From positions 2,165 through 66,164 of the IMG/VR virus record IMGVR_UViG_3300031111_000003: DNA of 64,000 nucleotides; one strand, given 5' to 3'. The position numbers were made by a program, and so were the translations under genes. This document shows positions 39,520 through 48,048 of the stretch, one piece after another. How positions within the stretch are numbered: the first letter of the stretch is position 1; each line of letters starts with the position of its first letter. The notes under the pieces were generated by a model. It was not told the origin of the DNA and ran no database searches. It saw nothing but the letters and a program-made list of their open reading frames with translations. This stretch comes from a virus. Lineage: Duplodnaviria; Caudoviricetes.

Positions 39520-39789
39520 CTACGTCGCATCTTCTTCCTCCAGCAGGCAGGCGTACAGCATGCAAGCATAGTGTGCGATCTTGAGAGCGTCTCGCTTGGC
39601 TTCCCCCACGCCCCGGCGATTGGTGCCGATCCGGCAGACGTATCGATCGATGCTCGCCTTGATGTCGGCAGCGGAGAACCTACTGGCCAAGTCGTTCGGC
39701 ATGTCCCCATATTGCGGCACGGTGTACTTCTCAACGTGGGCAAACACCTCACGAGAAAACTCGATCCACTGCTCTCCTCGTCTGCTCAT
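39520..39789 (-). CDS. small helical protein (D.LK.AHYA motif), possibly nucleotide-metabolism related
   Basis: GGAG SD; directly downstream of the DpdA-like gene. Confidence 0.55.
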   Translation of the reverse strand: MSRRGEQWIEFSREVFAHVEKYTVPQYGDMPNDLASRFSAADIKASIDRYVCRIGTNRRGVGEAKRDALKIAHYACMLYACLLEEEDAT

Positions 39790-39799
39790 GGTAATCTCC

Positions 39800-40714
39800 C
39801 TACAGATGGAATCCGCGCTTTTTGCGCGGGATGTAATTTATCGGGGCGAGGTGGTCCAGGACCAGCTCGAAAAACATGACGTTGACCGCAGCACGGACCA
39901 ACGTGGCTTCAGTCGTTGTAGCTTTGGCCTGCTCCAACGTGACACCCATCCCCAGAGATTCCACCCATTCTGCTACAAGGTCGTGCAGTGTTTTCTGTAG
40001 TGGGCTAAGGGATCGGCATTGCACAGCAGGATTGACTTTGAAGACTCCGAAGGGGGTGAACATACCACCAAACCGGGCTTCCACGTGGGCAGAAGTAGCG
40101 TCGGCACTGAACCAGGGAAACATTGACAGGATCTTAATGTCTTGTATGCCGAAGCCGTGCACTCGGGTTGTTGGATCCACCTGCCAGATCACCGTCCAAC
40201 AGTCGTGCAGCCATTCCTTCAGGCTATACCGGTTGCGAAGCTGGGCGACACCACCAAGTGCGATGTAGTCATAATACTTGGCGTAACGACGCAGGTAGTT
40301 GGCGGGCTCCCCATAGTGGTATGTGGGAATCGGTGTTATGCCGTGATCCTCGACGTACAACTGGTTCTCGTACGTGGCTTGTGCATTCCCGATCACGTCC
40401 AGTCCGGCGAAAGCGTAGATAGCTTTCGTGTTGTCCAACACGAACTGGATGTACTTGTCGAGATCTATCTCCACCCCACTTTTAAACGCGGAGAAGGCGC
40501 CGCTATCTAGGAAGATGTCCCGAACAAAGGGGAGCTCAGGCAGCTTCTTCAATCCGTGGAATGACACGAGAATGTCGATCAGGTGGCCGTCTGGCAGCAA
40601 CGTCTCGAGACCCTTCGCCGATGCCATGTTCGAGTGGAACATCTTGACCGGCTTGCGCGAGTCGTGTCCCTCACGAATGTGATCGATCAGATCTTTGTGG
40701 AACCCGACAGCCAC
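39800..40714 (-). CDS. dpdA: DpdA/TGT-like deazaguanine DNA transglycosylase
   Basis: FLDSGAFSA, LDVIG, IPTYH, IALGG, VHGFG and SADATS motifs of the TGT fold; directly after folE; GTG start inferred. Confidence 0.75.
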   Translation of the reverse strand: MAVGFHKDLIDHIREGHDSRKPVKMFHSNMASAKGLETLLPDGHLIDILVSFHGLKKLPELPFVRDIFLDSGAFSAFKSGVEIDLDKYIQFVLDNTKAIYAFAGLDVIGNAQATYENQLYVEDHGITPIPTYHYGEPANYLRRYAKYYDYIALGGVAQLRNRYSLKEWLHDCWTVIWQVDPTTRVHGFGIQDIKILSMFPWFSADATSAHVEARFGGMFTPFGVFKVNPAVQCRSLSPLQKTLHDLVAEWVESLGMGVTLEQAKATTTEATLVRAAVNVMFFELVLDHLAPINYIPRKKRGFHL

Positions 40715-40716
40715 GA

Positions 40717-41331
40717 CTACTTCCCGATGAGCTGCATGAGCTCGTTGCGCGCGGCCAGACCGTTGGTGTCCTTCTCGCGGAAGACACCCCGCAGAGAACT
40801 GGTGATCATGGTGGAATGTTGTTTGCTGACACCCCGCATCCGCATGCAATAATGCACGGCCTCTATGATGCAGGCGGCTCCTCTCGGCTGGAGGTGCTGC
40901 ATGAGCGCGTCGACGACTTGATCTCCGAGTCGTTCCTGGATCTGGAGACGTCTGGCAAACAAGTCGACAAGCCGAGCGAGCTTGGAGACACCCAAAACCC
41001 GCTTATCAGGCACGTACGCGACATGAGCCTTGCCCACGAACGGAAGCATGTGGTGCTCACACATCGAATACAGTTCGATGTCCTTGAGAACAACGATCTG
41101 GTCATGGCCGTCTCCATCGAAGGTCTTCATCAGGTCCGCCGGATCCTTGCCGTAGCCGGAGAAGATCTCCCGCCAGGAGTTGACGATCCGCTTGGGTGTC
41201 TCCACGAGACCTTCTCGCGTTAGGGGCAGTTCATCTGGGTTCATCTGTTTGAAATCTTCTCCGATGTATCGGAGAAGCCACCCGAGATAGTATTGTGCTT
41301 GAGGCTGGTCTAATTCATTCAAAGGTCTCAT
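40717..41331 (-). CDS. folE: GTP cyclohydrolase I
   Basis: [32 protein letters not shown] and H.CM..RG motifs. Confidence 0.95.
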   Translation of the reverse strand: MRPLNELDQPQAQYYLGWLLRYIGEDFKQMNPDELPLTREGLVETPKRIVNSWREIFSGYGKDPADLMKTFDGDGHDQIVVLKDIELYSMCEHHMLPFVGKAHVAYVPDKRVLGVSKLARLVDLFARRLQIQERLGDQVVDALMQHLQPRGAACIIEAVHYCMRMRGVSKQHSTMITSSLRGVFREKDTNGLAARNELMQLIGK

Positions 41332-42350
41332 AGCCCGAATCCTCCTCGCCGCTTGGCAACGGCTTTGTCCGTGACGGCCGCCTCACGGCCGGAAAGCATA
41401 CGGTCTTCGATCCGGTTGATCTTGAGCATCATGGTAAACCGGCCCAAGTCGAACGGAGGGAAATCTCCGACCGCGTCCTTGTACGTGAATTTGTTTTGCA
41501 GAGCGTATTGCACCCGAGCCGGATCGATCTCGTCCACGACGATCTTCTCAGGGACAGACTTGAGCTTGTCTTCTTTCGTCGGATGCCACAGCGTGTGATC
41601 CGCCTGACCGGGGATCTCGCAGATGGTCCCGCAGATGGGCATGGAGATCGGCCGTAAGCCCCAGCTGTTGGTGGAATTGACGATGGGGCATTTGACCTGC
41701 CATTTGCTGGCGACGTGGAGCCGCTCGATCCAGCCACCACCCTCGGCCCATGTCCCGTAGCCGAAATCAACGACTGTGGCCTTGCCTTTCCTTTTACGGA
41801 CTTTTGGCCATGCGTTGGGACCGAACTTGATCATGGAGAAGACGACGTCCGGTTTGAGCAGGCCGAGGCCAGTCCACAGCAGGTCACTGTAGACCTCCCA
41901 ACAAAACACGCCGGATACCAGCATGCCCTGCATCTTGAAAAGTTTGAAGCGGTTCATCATGTCCGTTTCGGGAACGACATCACCGAATCCGTTGGTGGCT
42001 ACGTGATCGTACTTCGGCAGTGCAAATTTGAATAGACTGCCTTGGAATTTCCCTTTTTCGTTGATGAACCAGATTGCTTCTCGGTTGGTCTTGTCGTCCA
42101 TGCGCTGTTGAACGCCAACAGCTAAGGCACACTTGTGTTTGAGAACCAGCTTTTGCAACGTCGGAAACAAGTCCTCAAAGCGGTGATCTCGGTTGTGCAG
42201 CATCTGGACTGCCCCACCGAAGAACTCTTGTGGAGTGACTACGATGTGTGGTCGATGTCTGGCCATGGCAGTGTCCAACCAGTCCAGCTTTTCATCTTTA
42301 TCCGTCAGCTGTTGGGGGACACATGATAAAATTCGTCTGGGGCCGTGCAC
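41328..42350 (-). CDS. nitrilase/carbon-nitrogen hydrolase superfamily protein
   Basis: Glu-Lys-Cys triad context: [14 protein letters not shown]...G......K..LP, GVFCWEV; stop overlaps the folE start. Confidence 0.7.
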   Translation of the reverse strand: MHGPRRILSCVPQQLTDKDEKLDWLDTAMARHRPHIVVTPQEFFGGAVQMLHNRDHRFEDLFPTLQKLVLKHKCALAVGVQQRMDDKTNREAIWFINEKGKFQGSLFKFALPKYDHVATNGFGDVVPETDMMNRFKLFKMQGMLVSGVFCWEVYSDLLWTGLGLLKPDVVFSMIKFGPNAWPKVRKRKGKATVVDFGYGTWAEGGGWIERLHVASKWQVKCPIVNSTNSWGLRPISMPICGTICEIPGQADHTLWHPTKEDKLKSVPEKIVVDEIDPARVQYALQNKFTYKDAVGDFPPFDLGRFTMMLKINRIEDRMLSGREAAVTDKAVAKRRGGFGL

Positions 42351-42368
42351 GGTAAATCCTCCTACGTG

Positions 42369-42399
42369 AAAAAGGGAGGGGCTGATTTGCCCCTCCCTT
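42369..42399 (-). terminator. intrinsic terminator after the acidic protein gene
   Basis: AAGGGAGGGGC AAATCA GCCCCTCCCTT followed by TTT on the - strand. Confidence 0.7.
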
Positions 42400-42420
42400 G
42401 CCGGCGGATCGGGCGCCGTG

Positions 42421-43260
42421 CTACTTCTTCTTGGACTTCTTGGGCTTCGCGGGGGCCTTCATCAGGCCGTTGTCGCGGAGCAGGCCCACGATCTTGCGGA
42501 CGGATCCCCAGGCGGTCTGGATGCCGGCCTTGCCCGCGTCGGTGTCGATGCCGGCCTTGGTCAGGCCCTTGAGCAGGGATTCCTTGGACTGGTCGGGGTC
42601 GGCGCACATCAGCTCGACGGCGGTGCCGTACGGGCTGGGGCCGCGGTTGACCTTCTTCTTGGCGGCCTTCTCGGGCTTGCCGACGATCTTGATCATGGCG
42701 GCGCGCAGGGCCTTTTGGCCGTCGAGCCCCTTGGCGGACTTGGCCTTCTTGCGGAGCTTCTTGAATTCGTCGTGGTGGTCGATGATGTCCTTGAGATCAT
42801 CGAGCTTCTTGGTCTTGGAGACCAGGGTGGCGAGGTCTTCCTCGTCCTCGTCCTCGTCGTCGGAGTCCTCGTCCTCGTCGTCCTCGTCGTCGGAGTCCTC
42901 GTCCTCGTCGTCGGAGTCCTCGTCCTCGTCGTCGGAGTCCTCGTCGTCGGAGTCCTCGACTTCCTCCTCGTCGGTGCCGGTGGTGTCCACCTCGTCGTCC
43001 TCGGCGGCCTCGTCACAATCCTCGTTGTTCTCGGGCTTGCAGCCCAGTTCGAGGAGCACGGCCCAGGTGCGTTCGGTGTACTCGTCCTGCTCCTGCGGGC
43101 AGACGAACGGCAGGCCGTTCTTCTTCATGTCGGCGATCAGCTTGGACGAGTCCTTGACGATCTTGATCTTGGGGTCGAGGTCCATGACCTTGTTCATTTC
43201 GCGGGCCGCGGTCTGCAGCTCCTTGAGGGTCGGGGCGGACTTCTTCTTGCTCTTGGCCAT
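42421..43260 (-). CDS. bipolar Lys-rich/Asp-Glu-rich protein, probably highly expressed
   Basis: AAGGAG SD, own promoter copy and terminator, strongly G/C-ending codons, central D/E/S tract. Confidence 0.8.
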   Translation of the reverse strand: MAKSKKKSAPTLKELQTAAREMNKVMDLDPKIKIVKDSSKLIADMKKNGLPFVCPQEQDEYTERTWAVLLELGCKPENNEDCDEAAEDDEVDTTGTDEEEVEDSDDEDSDDEDEDSDDEDEDSDDEDDEDEDSDDEDEDEEDLATLVSKTKKLDDLKDIIDHHDEFKKLRKKAKSAKGLDGQKALRAAMIKIVGKPEKAAKKKVNRGPSPYGTAVELMCADPDQSKESLLKGLTKAGIDTDAGKAGIQTAWGSVRKIVGLLRDNGLMKAPAKPKKSKKK

Positions 43261-43317
43261 TGTTGATGCTCCTTTTCAGGGGTTGTGGTTGGTTTTGCAC
43301 ATTGCCTCAGACGCACC

Positions 43318-43346
43318 GTTATTCGGGACTGTGCGCGTTTCCGTCA
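43318..43346 (-). promoter_or_regulatory. phage-specific promoter copy (TGACGG-N15-CGAATAAC)
   Basis: intergenic, same spacing as the other copies. Confidence 0.7.
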
Positions 43347-44051
43347 CTCCATGTCAAGGAGCTTGTGAATCTGCACGTTAAGAACGGCATGGAAGGGAGC
43401 CAAGTCCTGCCAGTTTTCCAGGAACCAGTGCGACAGGAAGTTCTTGGGCAGATTCTCCGTCTGCCCGATGGCGATTCGTGTTCGGCTTAGGACCGTTGGA
43501 TCCGCCGCCAACCATTCGCGCAGTAGAGTCATCGTGTAAATCAGATCTGCCGGAGCATTCGCAACGAACTTGATCCAAGACCCTGCAGGCAGATTGGTGA
43601 ATGCAGCCGGATCGCTGTGCCCCCCGGAGCCGGGTAGCTTGAAGTCAATGACGAAGTTGACGCGGGAATGAAATGTCGGGTTCAGTTCCTCGAGGAACTC
43701 GGCGGGGGAACACGTGCCGTTGGTCTCGATCTGGACAACAGGAGCGCCGTATCGCAGAAACCCTTCAACGAGAGCTGCCAGCAGAAATTGGGGCTGCGTC
43801 AGCGGCTCGCCACCGGTAATGACGACGGGCAGTCGAGAGCTTCGTCCGGATAGCTCGATCCAGGTTTGGATCAGGGATTCGACATCCGTGGCCGTGTCCG
43901 CGCGCCCCCAGTTTTGGGCTTCGGGGGCATCACAATACTCACACCGGAGATTGCACCCTTGCATCCGAATGAAGATGCACATGCCTCCTTGGGGGATAGC
44001 TCCAACCTCGCCAGAGATCGAACGGAAGATGCTGTGGACATGCAGGGGCAT
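43344..44051 (-). CDS. queE: 7-carboxy-7-deazaguanine synthase (radical SAM)
   Basis: IF.SI.GE, FIR..GCNLRCEYCD, ITGGEP, IETNG, D.K.P.SG and Q.HK motifs. Confidence 0.9.
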   Translation of the reverse strand: MPLHVHSIFRSISGEVGAIPQGGMCIFIRMQGCNLRCEYCDAPEAQNWGRADTATDVESLIQTWIELSGRSSRLPVVITGGEPLTQPQFLLAALVEGFLRYGAPVVQIETNGTCSPAEFLEELNPTFHSRVNFVIDFKLPGSGGHSDPAAFTNLPAGSWIKFVANAPADLIYTMTLLREWLAADPTVLSRTRIAIGQTENLPKNFLSHWFLENWQDLAPFHAVLNVQIHKLLDME

Positions 44052-44449
44052 TACAATACCCTCCGCTCGGTCTTGGCCCAAGATGTCGGAGTTTCCGACA
44101 CCTCCACGGACACCAGCATTTCCCGAAAGACCTCGTCCAAGTACATGAACAGATATCTGCTGATATTCTCGGCCGTGGGCGGTTGGTACTCTTCGGGAAG
44201 GACGTCGTTCAAATCCTTGTGGTCCAGTTTCTCCAACAGGGGGCTGACATGGGACTTGATGCTCCCGAAGTCCATGACCATGCCGGCATACGCCTGACCC
44301 AGGCCAGTACCAGGGGAAATCGGGCCGGTTACGGAAACACGAACGACACTGTTGTGTCCGTGGAAGTTACAGCACTTGCCATTATAGTCGGGCAGATGGT
44401 GCCCGTAGCAAATGCTGAACTCTTTTGTCACAACCGTTCTCAGGTGCAT
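44051..44449 (-). CDS. queD: 6-carboxytetrahydropterin synthase
   Basis: H.L..Y.GKC..FHGH, GMV.DF..IK, LDH..LN, PTAEN and V.ETP motifs. Confidence 0.92.
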   Translation of the reverse strand: MHLRTVVTKEFSICYGHHLPDYNGKCCNFHGHNSVVRVSVTGPISPGTGLGQAYAGMVMDFGSIKSHVSPLLEKLDHKDLNDVLPEEYQPPTAENISRYLFMYLDEVFREMLVSVEVSETPTSWAKTERRVL

Positions 44450-44476
44450 TGAATCCTCCTTTTGTTTTGCTTTTCG

Positions 44477-44505
44477 GTTATTCGGAATCGCGGTTGGTTG
44501 CGTCA
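44477..44505 (-). promoter_or_regulatory. phage-specific promoter copy (TGACGC-N15-CGAATAAC)
   Basis: between the dnaB-like stop and the queD SD. Confidence 0.75.
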
Positions 44506-46032
44506 CTAGAACGAGGCAATCAGCGGGCGTCCTGTTGTTAAACTCTGAACAAGATGAACGCACCGTCTTGTATCATAATCGTCCTCGCGGACCACAATCT
44601 GGTTGACACGAAGAAGCCCGCGGGCCTTTTCCGAAGCAAGCTGGTTAAGCCCTAGCATGCTTGTAACGTGGGCAAATTTACGTTTGTCTCTAGAGAAGTT
44701 CTTCATGGTCAATGTTTTCTTCGTGTAGGAATCTGCGTCGGCCTGCGTCCCGGTTACAACACAGCACTTTTGTTCCTGTGACATACGCCGCATCAGCATC
44801 CACCGCATGTTTTCATTGTCCTGTTCACTGCGGCGTGGATCCTCCGGGGCCAGAATGTCGGCGTAGTCGATGATGATGAGATCGGGAGTGAACCCGTCTT
44901 CCACCTCGAGACGGTGGAGGATCCCCTGTATTTGCCGCATGGTCAAAGTGTACATCGGGTGGCAGGAGAGTCGGAAGTCAGCACCGTTGGCTTTCATAAA
45001 GCGTCGGCCATTGTCTATGGCCACGTCTGCCGTCAACGGAGAAATGTGCTTGGGGATTCTCCACACCGCGCCACGGAATTTCTTTTTGCCTTCACATTTG
45101 GTGCAAGGCTGATACCCCTCAGCTTCTTCCGGAGACAGGTAGATCGGATCTTCCCATGTGCCGTCTTCTACAACACCATCATCGTTCGGGCTTTCGTCAC
45201 ACTCACCTGTTTGATTGTGCCAGCAATCCAGCACAGGGAGAAGGACATCTCCACAATATTTGACTTTGTTGCTACGACCAGCTAGGCGAACACCAAAGCG
45301 AATGATTTGCTGGTGCTTGGACATATCTCCCGCCTGGACAAAGAGCACACGTAGCCCAGCGCGCAAGCCCCGCATGGCTATCTCCATCAACGTCCAGGTC
45401 TTGCCTATCTTCTCCCGGCCCATAATTCCGACCAGATTGTCACGACAGAATTGGTCGTTGATGGCTTTTCCTAAAGCCCCGGGCAGGGAGAGGAGTGGAT
45501 TTGATTGAAACTCAAAAGCATTCCTTATGGCGTTGGGATCGTCAAAAGGATTGACGATGGATGAAGATGACAGGCGGATGATGCGGTGCTCAGTCAAAGC
45601 CTGCTCGGCTTCCTCTAACTCGCCGTCTTCAACTTCAATCTGGATCCTCTCTGTCAGCCGCTTGAGCGATCGGGCCCGGAACAGATCCTCTGCTTGTTTG
45701 AGCAGGTACTCGGAGTTTAGTTTGGGTTCGCCGTCTTCATATTCTCGAGACAGCCCTTCAAGGAACGCGCCGACGTCTTCCGCCAGATCCGGATCCATTC
45801 GTTTGTAGTGTTTGGTAAAAATGTCCTGAATGGACTGACCTGGGGCTTCGCCATGCTTTTCTAAATACTCCACACACCAGCGGAGCACTGTGCGGAGCAA
45901 GTCCCCTTCCACCAGACTTTCGTCGTAGACAGAAACAATCCCACGGAGAAAGGAAGTACTGACAATGGCAGCCGTGGCAAGCCGGCGGTCTAGCATGCCG
46001 TCGTATTTGCGTGACTTGATTTTAATTCCCAT
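44506..46032 (-). CDS. DnaB-like replicative helicase
   Basis: Walker A GREKIGKT, IIIDYAD and T.TQ motifs; Cys-rich insertion. Confidence 0.85.
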   Translation of the reverse strand: MGIKIKSRKYDGMLDRRLATAAIVSTSFLRGIVSVYDESLVEGDLLRTVLRWCVEYLEKHGEAPGQSIQDIFTKHYKRMDPDLAEDVGAFLEGLSREYEDGEPKLNSEYLLKQAEDLFRARSLKRLTERIQIEVEDGELEEAEQALTEHRIIRLSSSSIVNPFDDPNAIRNAFEFQSNPLLSLPGALGKAINDQFCRDNLVGIMGREKIGKTWTLMEIAMRGLRAGLRVLFVQAGDMSKHQQIIRFGVRLAGRSNKVKYCGDVLLPVLDCWHNQTGECDESPNDDGVVEDGTWEDPIYLSPEEAEGYQPCTKCEGKKKFRGAVWRIPKHISPLTADVAIDNGRRFMKANGADFRLSCHPMYTLTMRQIQGILHRLEVEDGFTPDLIIIDYADILAPEDPRRSEQDNENMRWMLMRRMSQEQKCCVVTGTQADADSYTKKTLTMKNFSRDKRKFAHVTSMLGLNQLASEKARGLLRVNQIVVREDDYDTRRCVHLVQSLTTGRPLIASF

Positions 46033-46483
46033 GGAGTGTCTCCAGTGTGTAGATCTTTTCCAGATCTCCCCGCAGATGCACTCTGCGCAGTGCCGAAGCC
46101 ATAAGTATGATCTCTTTCTTGCGGCTGAAGCGTTTGAACACAGCCGAAGGTACTATCTTTCGTACTTTCTTCGGATAGCAGTAGAGTAATCCCCAGCCTT
46201 CTGGTTGTTTTCCTGGTTTTATTAGGTTCGGTGGACAAAACATAAAACGCCGGTGTCCCATGCCGCAGGCAGGGTACCTGCGCCAGATCTTCTTTTTGTC
46301 GGCGTATACGTCGGATATAGAAGCTTTACATTCTATCAGCACAGAGGTCAGACCACATTCTTTGAAACCGAGGACGTCTGGCTGCTCTCCGGCGAATGTA
46401 CGAAACTCATGGAAAGCGAAATCACACTTTCCAGCCCCGAGAACCCAACGGAAGGCACGATCTACTAACTGATCGTGTGTCAT
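46022..46483 (-). CDS. PD-(D/E)xK nuclease-like protein (MmcB-like)
   Basis: E.PD..G......IECK.S.SD..AD..K, G..R...CP and P.GWGL motifs. Confidence 0.65.
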   Translation of the reverse strand: MTHDQLVDRAFRWVLGAGKCDFAFHEFRTFAGEQPDVLGFKECGLTSVLIECKASISDVYADKKKIWRRYPACGMGHRRFMFCPPNLIKPGKQPEGWGLLYCYPKKVRKIVPSAVFKRFSRKKEIILMASALRRVHLRGDLEKIYTLETLHGN

Positions 46484-47007
46484 CCCGTTCTCCAATCCTT
46501 TTTGCTCATCGAGATAATTTGATATGTCTCCACAATTCTGGAGGCGATTCGCGTACTGATGCTCGTCATCTCGTCCAGCGATTTGTTGGACGAGATGACC
46601 GTTTGGAGCAAATCGTTGTAGCGGCGACTGATAATCGAGTCTAGGATCTGGAGCACCCATTCGGACACCTTTGACACACCAAAGTCGTCGAGGAAAAGAA
46701 CGTCCACGGTACTGCACCGATCCTCCATCAAATCGACCTCGGTGCTGCTCCGTATCTCAGATCGACACTGACGCAGTAGGTCGTCTACCGAAATAAACAG
46801 GCAGGAACGCGTGGCCTTCTCACTCTTGACTGCCAGCAGGTAGGCACACATAAAGTATGTCTTGCCTGTTCCTGGTGGACCGGTCACGAAGATAGAACGG
46901 TCCGTTGGAGAAAGCAGTTGAGGATCCACATCATCCGGCAACACGGACAGATACCGTTTGGGGACGCCGGCACGTTGAAGCACCCGTGGGAAGGCGGTCT
47001 TACGCAT
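46480..47007 (-). CDS. DnaC/IstB-like helicase loader
   Basis: GPPGTGKT, LFLDD.G, I..RY....T.I.SN and RI.SRI motifs. Confidence 0.85.
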   Translation of the reverse strand: MRKTAFPRVLQRAGVPKRYLSVLPDDVDPQLLSPTDRSIFVTGPPGTGKTYFMCAYLLAVKSEKATRSCLFISVDDLLRQCRSEIRSSTEVDLMEDRCSTVDVLFLDDFGVSKVSEWVLQILDSIISRRYNDLLQTVISSNKSLDEMTSISTRIASRIVETYQIISMSKKDWRTG

Positions 47008-47914
47008 GTATGGCTCTCTCCTCTTGGATCTTCCTGTACTTGTCCCGTTCTTCATCCGAGGCTGTGCACGCATTCCATGGTTGTTTTCTGTCAGTGGGGT
47101 TTGCCCCCTCACGATCTCGTTCCCAACAGGCGTATATGGACTCGAAAGGTGTTTGATCCTTGCCTCGCCGTTTTCTCGTTAAGTATTCGGGAGCCGCTCC
47201 TTTGAGGTAGTACGCCCAACCTTTGAAGTCGCCGTTACCTGGCTGGTTGATGGCCCAAAGTAAGCAGTCGCGGATTGTCTGGAATGTGTACCCCTGTTGG
47301 TGCAGTTGCTCAATGACCTTCGCCGCTTTGGGCAGCTTCATGGGGGACTTTGGGTTGAGTGTCCCGTATACTTTTTGGGCGATTGTTTCTGCCTTGGGGG
47401 AGACCTTCTCACCAGAACTGGAGCGAGCTTTTTTAACTCGACTCTTCAACGGGTCTCTTTCCTTTTGTTCTCTTTCTATATGGGTCTCTTTAATTAGTTC
47501 GGCCCTTTTGGCCGAACTGGTTATGCCCTTTTGGCCGAACTGGTTATGCCCTTTTGGCCGAACTGAAGGGCTTATTTGCCGGATTACTTGAAGAACCTGT
47601 TCATAATCTATCCAAAAATATTGTCTGGCGGGCACCCCACGACGTCGGATTTTTAATACACCACCATCTACAAGCTCTTTGATAAGTCGTCCAGCTTGCT
47701 TGTTGGAAACGCCAGTGTCTTCATAGATCATTTCCCTAGTGCGGAAGAACCAGCCGTTGGATGGGGCCAGATGTGTATCGAGGTCATTCAGATAAGCGAA
47801 AAAAGAAGCCGCTAACAGTCCGAATTGCTTTGCCAAGACTTTGTCCGTTCGCCAGAAGCGATTCTTCTGACGGCAGAGATCTCGACATTCTGATCGTGTG
47901 AGTTTGGAAGACAT
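47000..47914 (-). CDS. replication initiator (lambda O-like organisation)
   Basis: N-terminal wHTH-like region (WFF.T......TG.S......I..L...G.L.....G.PA..Y), internal iterons, followed by DnaC. Confidence 0.75.
   Translation of the reverse strand: MSSKLTRSECRDLCRQKNRFWRTDKVLAKQFGLLAASFFAYLNDLDTHLAPSNGWFFRTREMIYEDTGVSNKQAGRLIKELVDGGVLKIRRRGVPARQYFWIDYEQVLQVIRQISPSVRPKGHNQFGQKGITSSAKRAELIKETHIEREQKERDPLKSRVKKARSSSGEKVSPKAETIAQKVYGTLNPKSPMKLPKAAKVIEQLHQQGYTFQTIRDCLLWAINQPGNGDFKGWAYYLKGAAPEYLTRKRRGKDQTPFESIYACWERDREGANPTDRKQPWNACTASDEERDKYRKIQEERAIHA
47496..47565. repeat. iterons / candidate replication origin
   Basis: 23-bp unit GCCCTTTTGGCCGAACTGGTTAT at 47502 and 47525, partial copy at 47548; inverted half AGTTCGGCC at 47496; adjacent T-rich tract. 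Confidence 0.8.
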
Positions 47915-48048
47915 GAACAACCTCCCTTTAGGTTGTTTTGGGTGGGGAGGGATGGAAAGGGCCATCCCTCCCGTCGGCCGTGCGCGTGGCCTCACCCAAG
48001 GTGGAGCCAAGAGGATACACCGGGTCCCTTTCCGGTGTCAACTCCATG

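Noticed and set aside
47502-47565. 23-bp repeats as a mini CRISPR array
   Set aside because: Head-to-tail with no spacers, inside the initiator ORF; iterons fit better.
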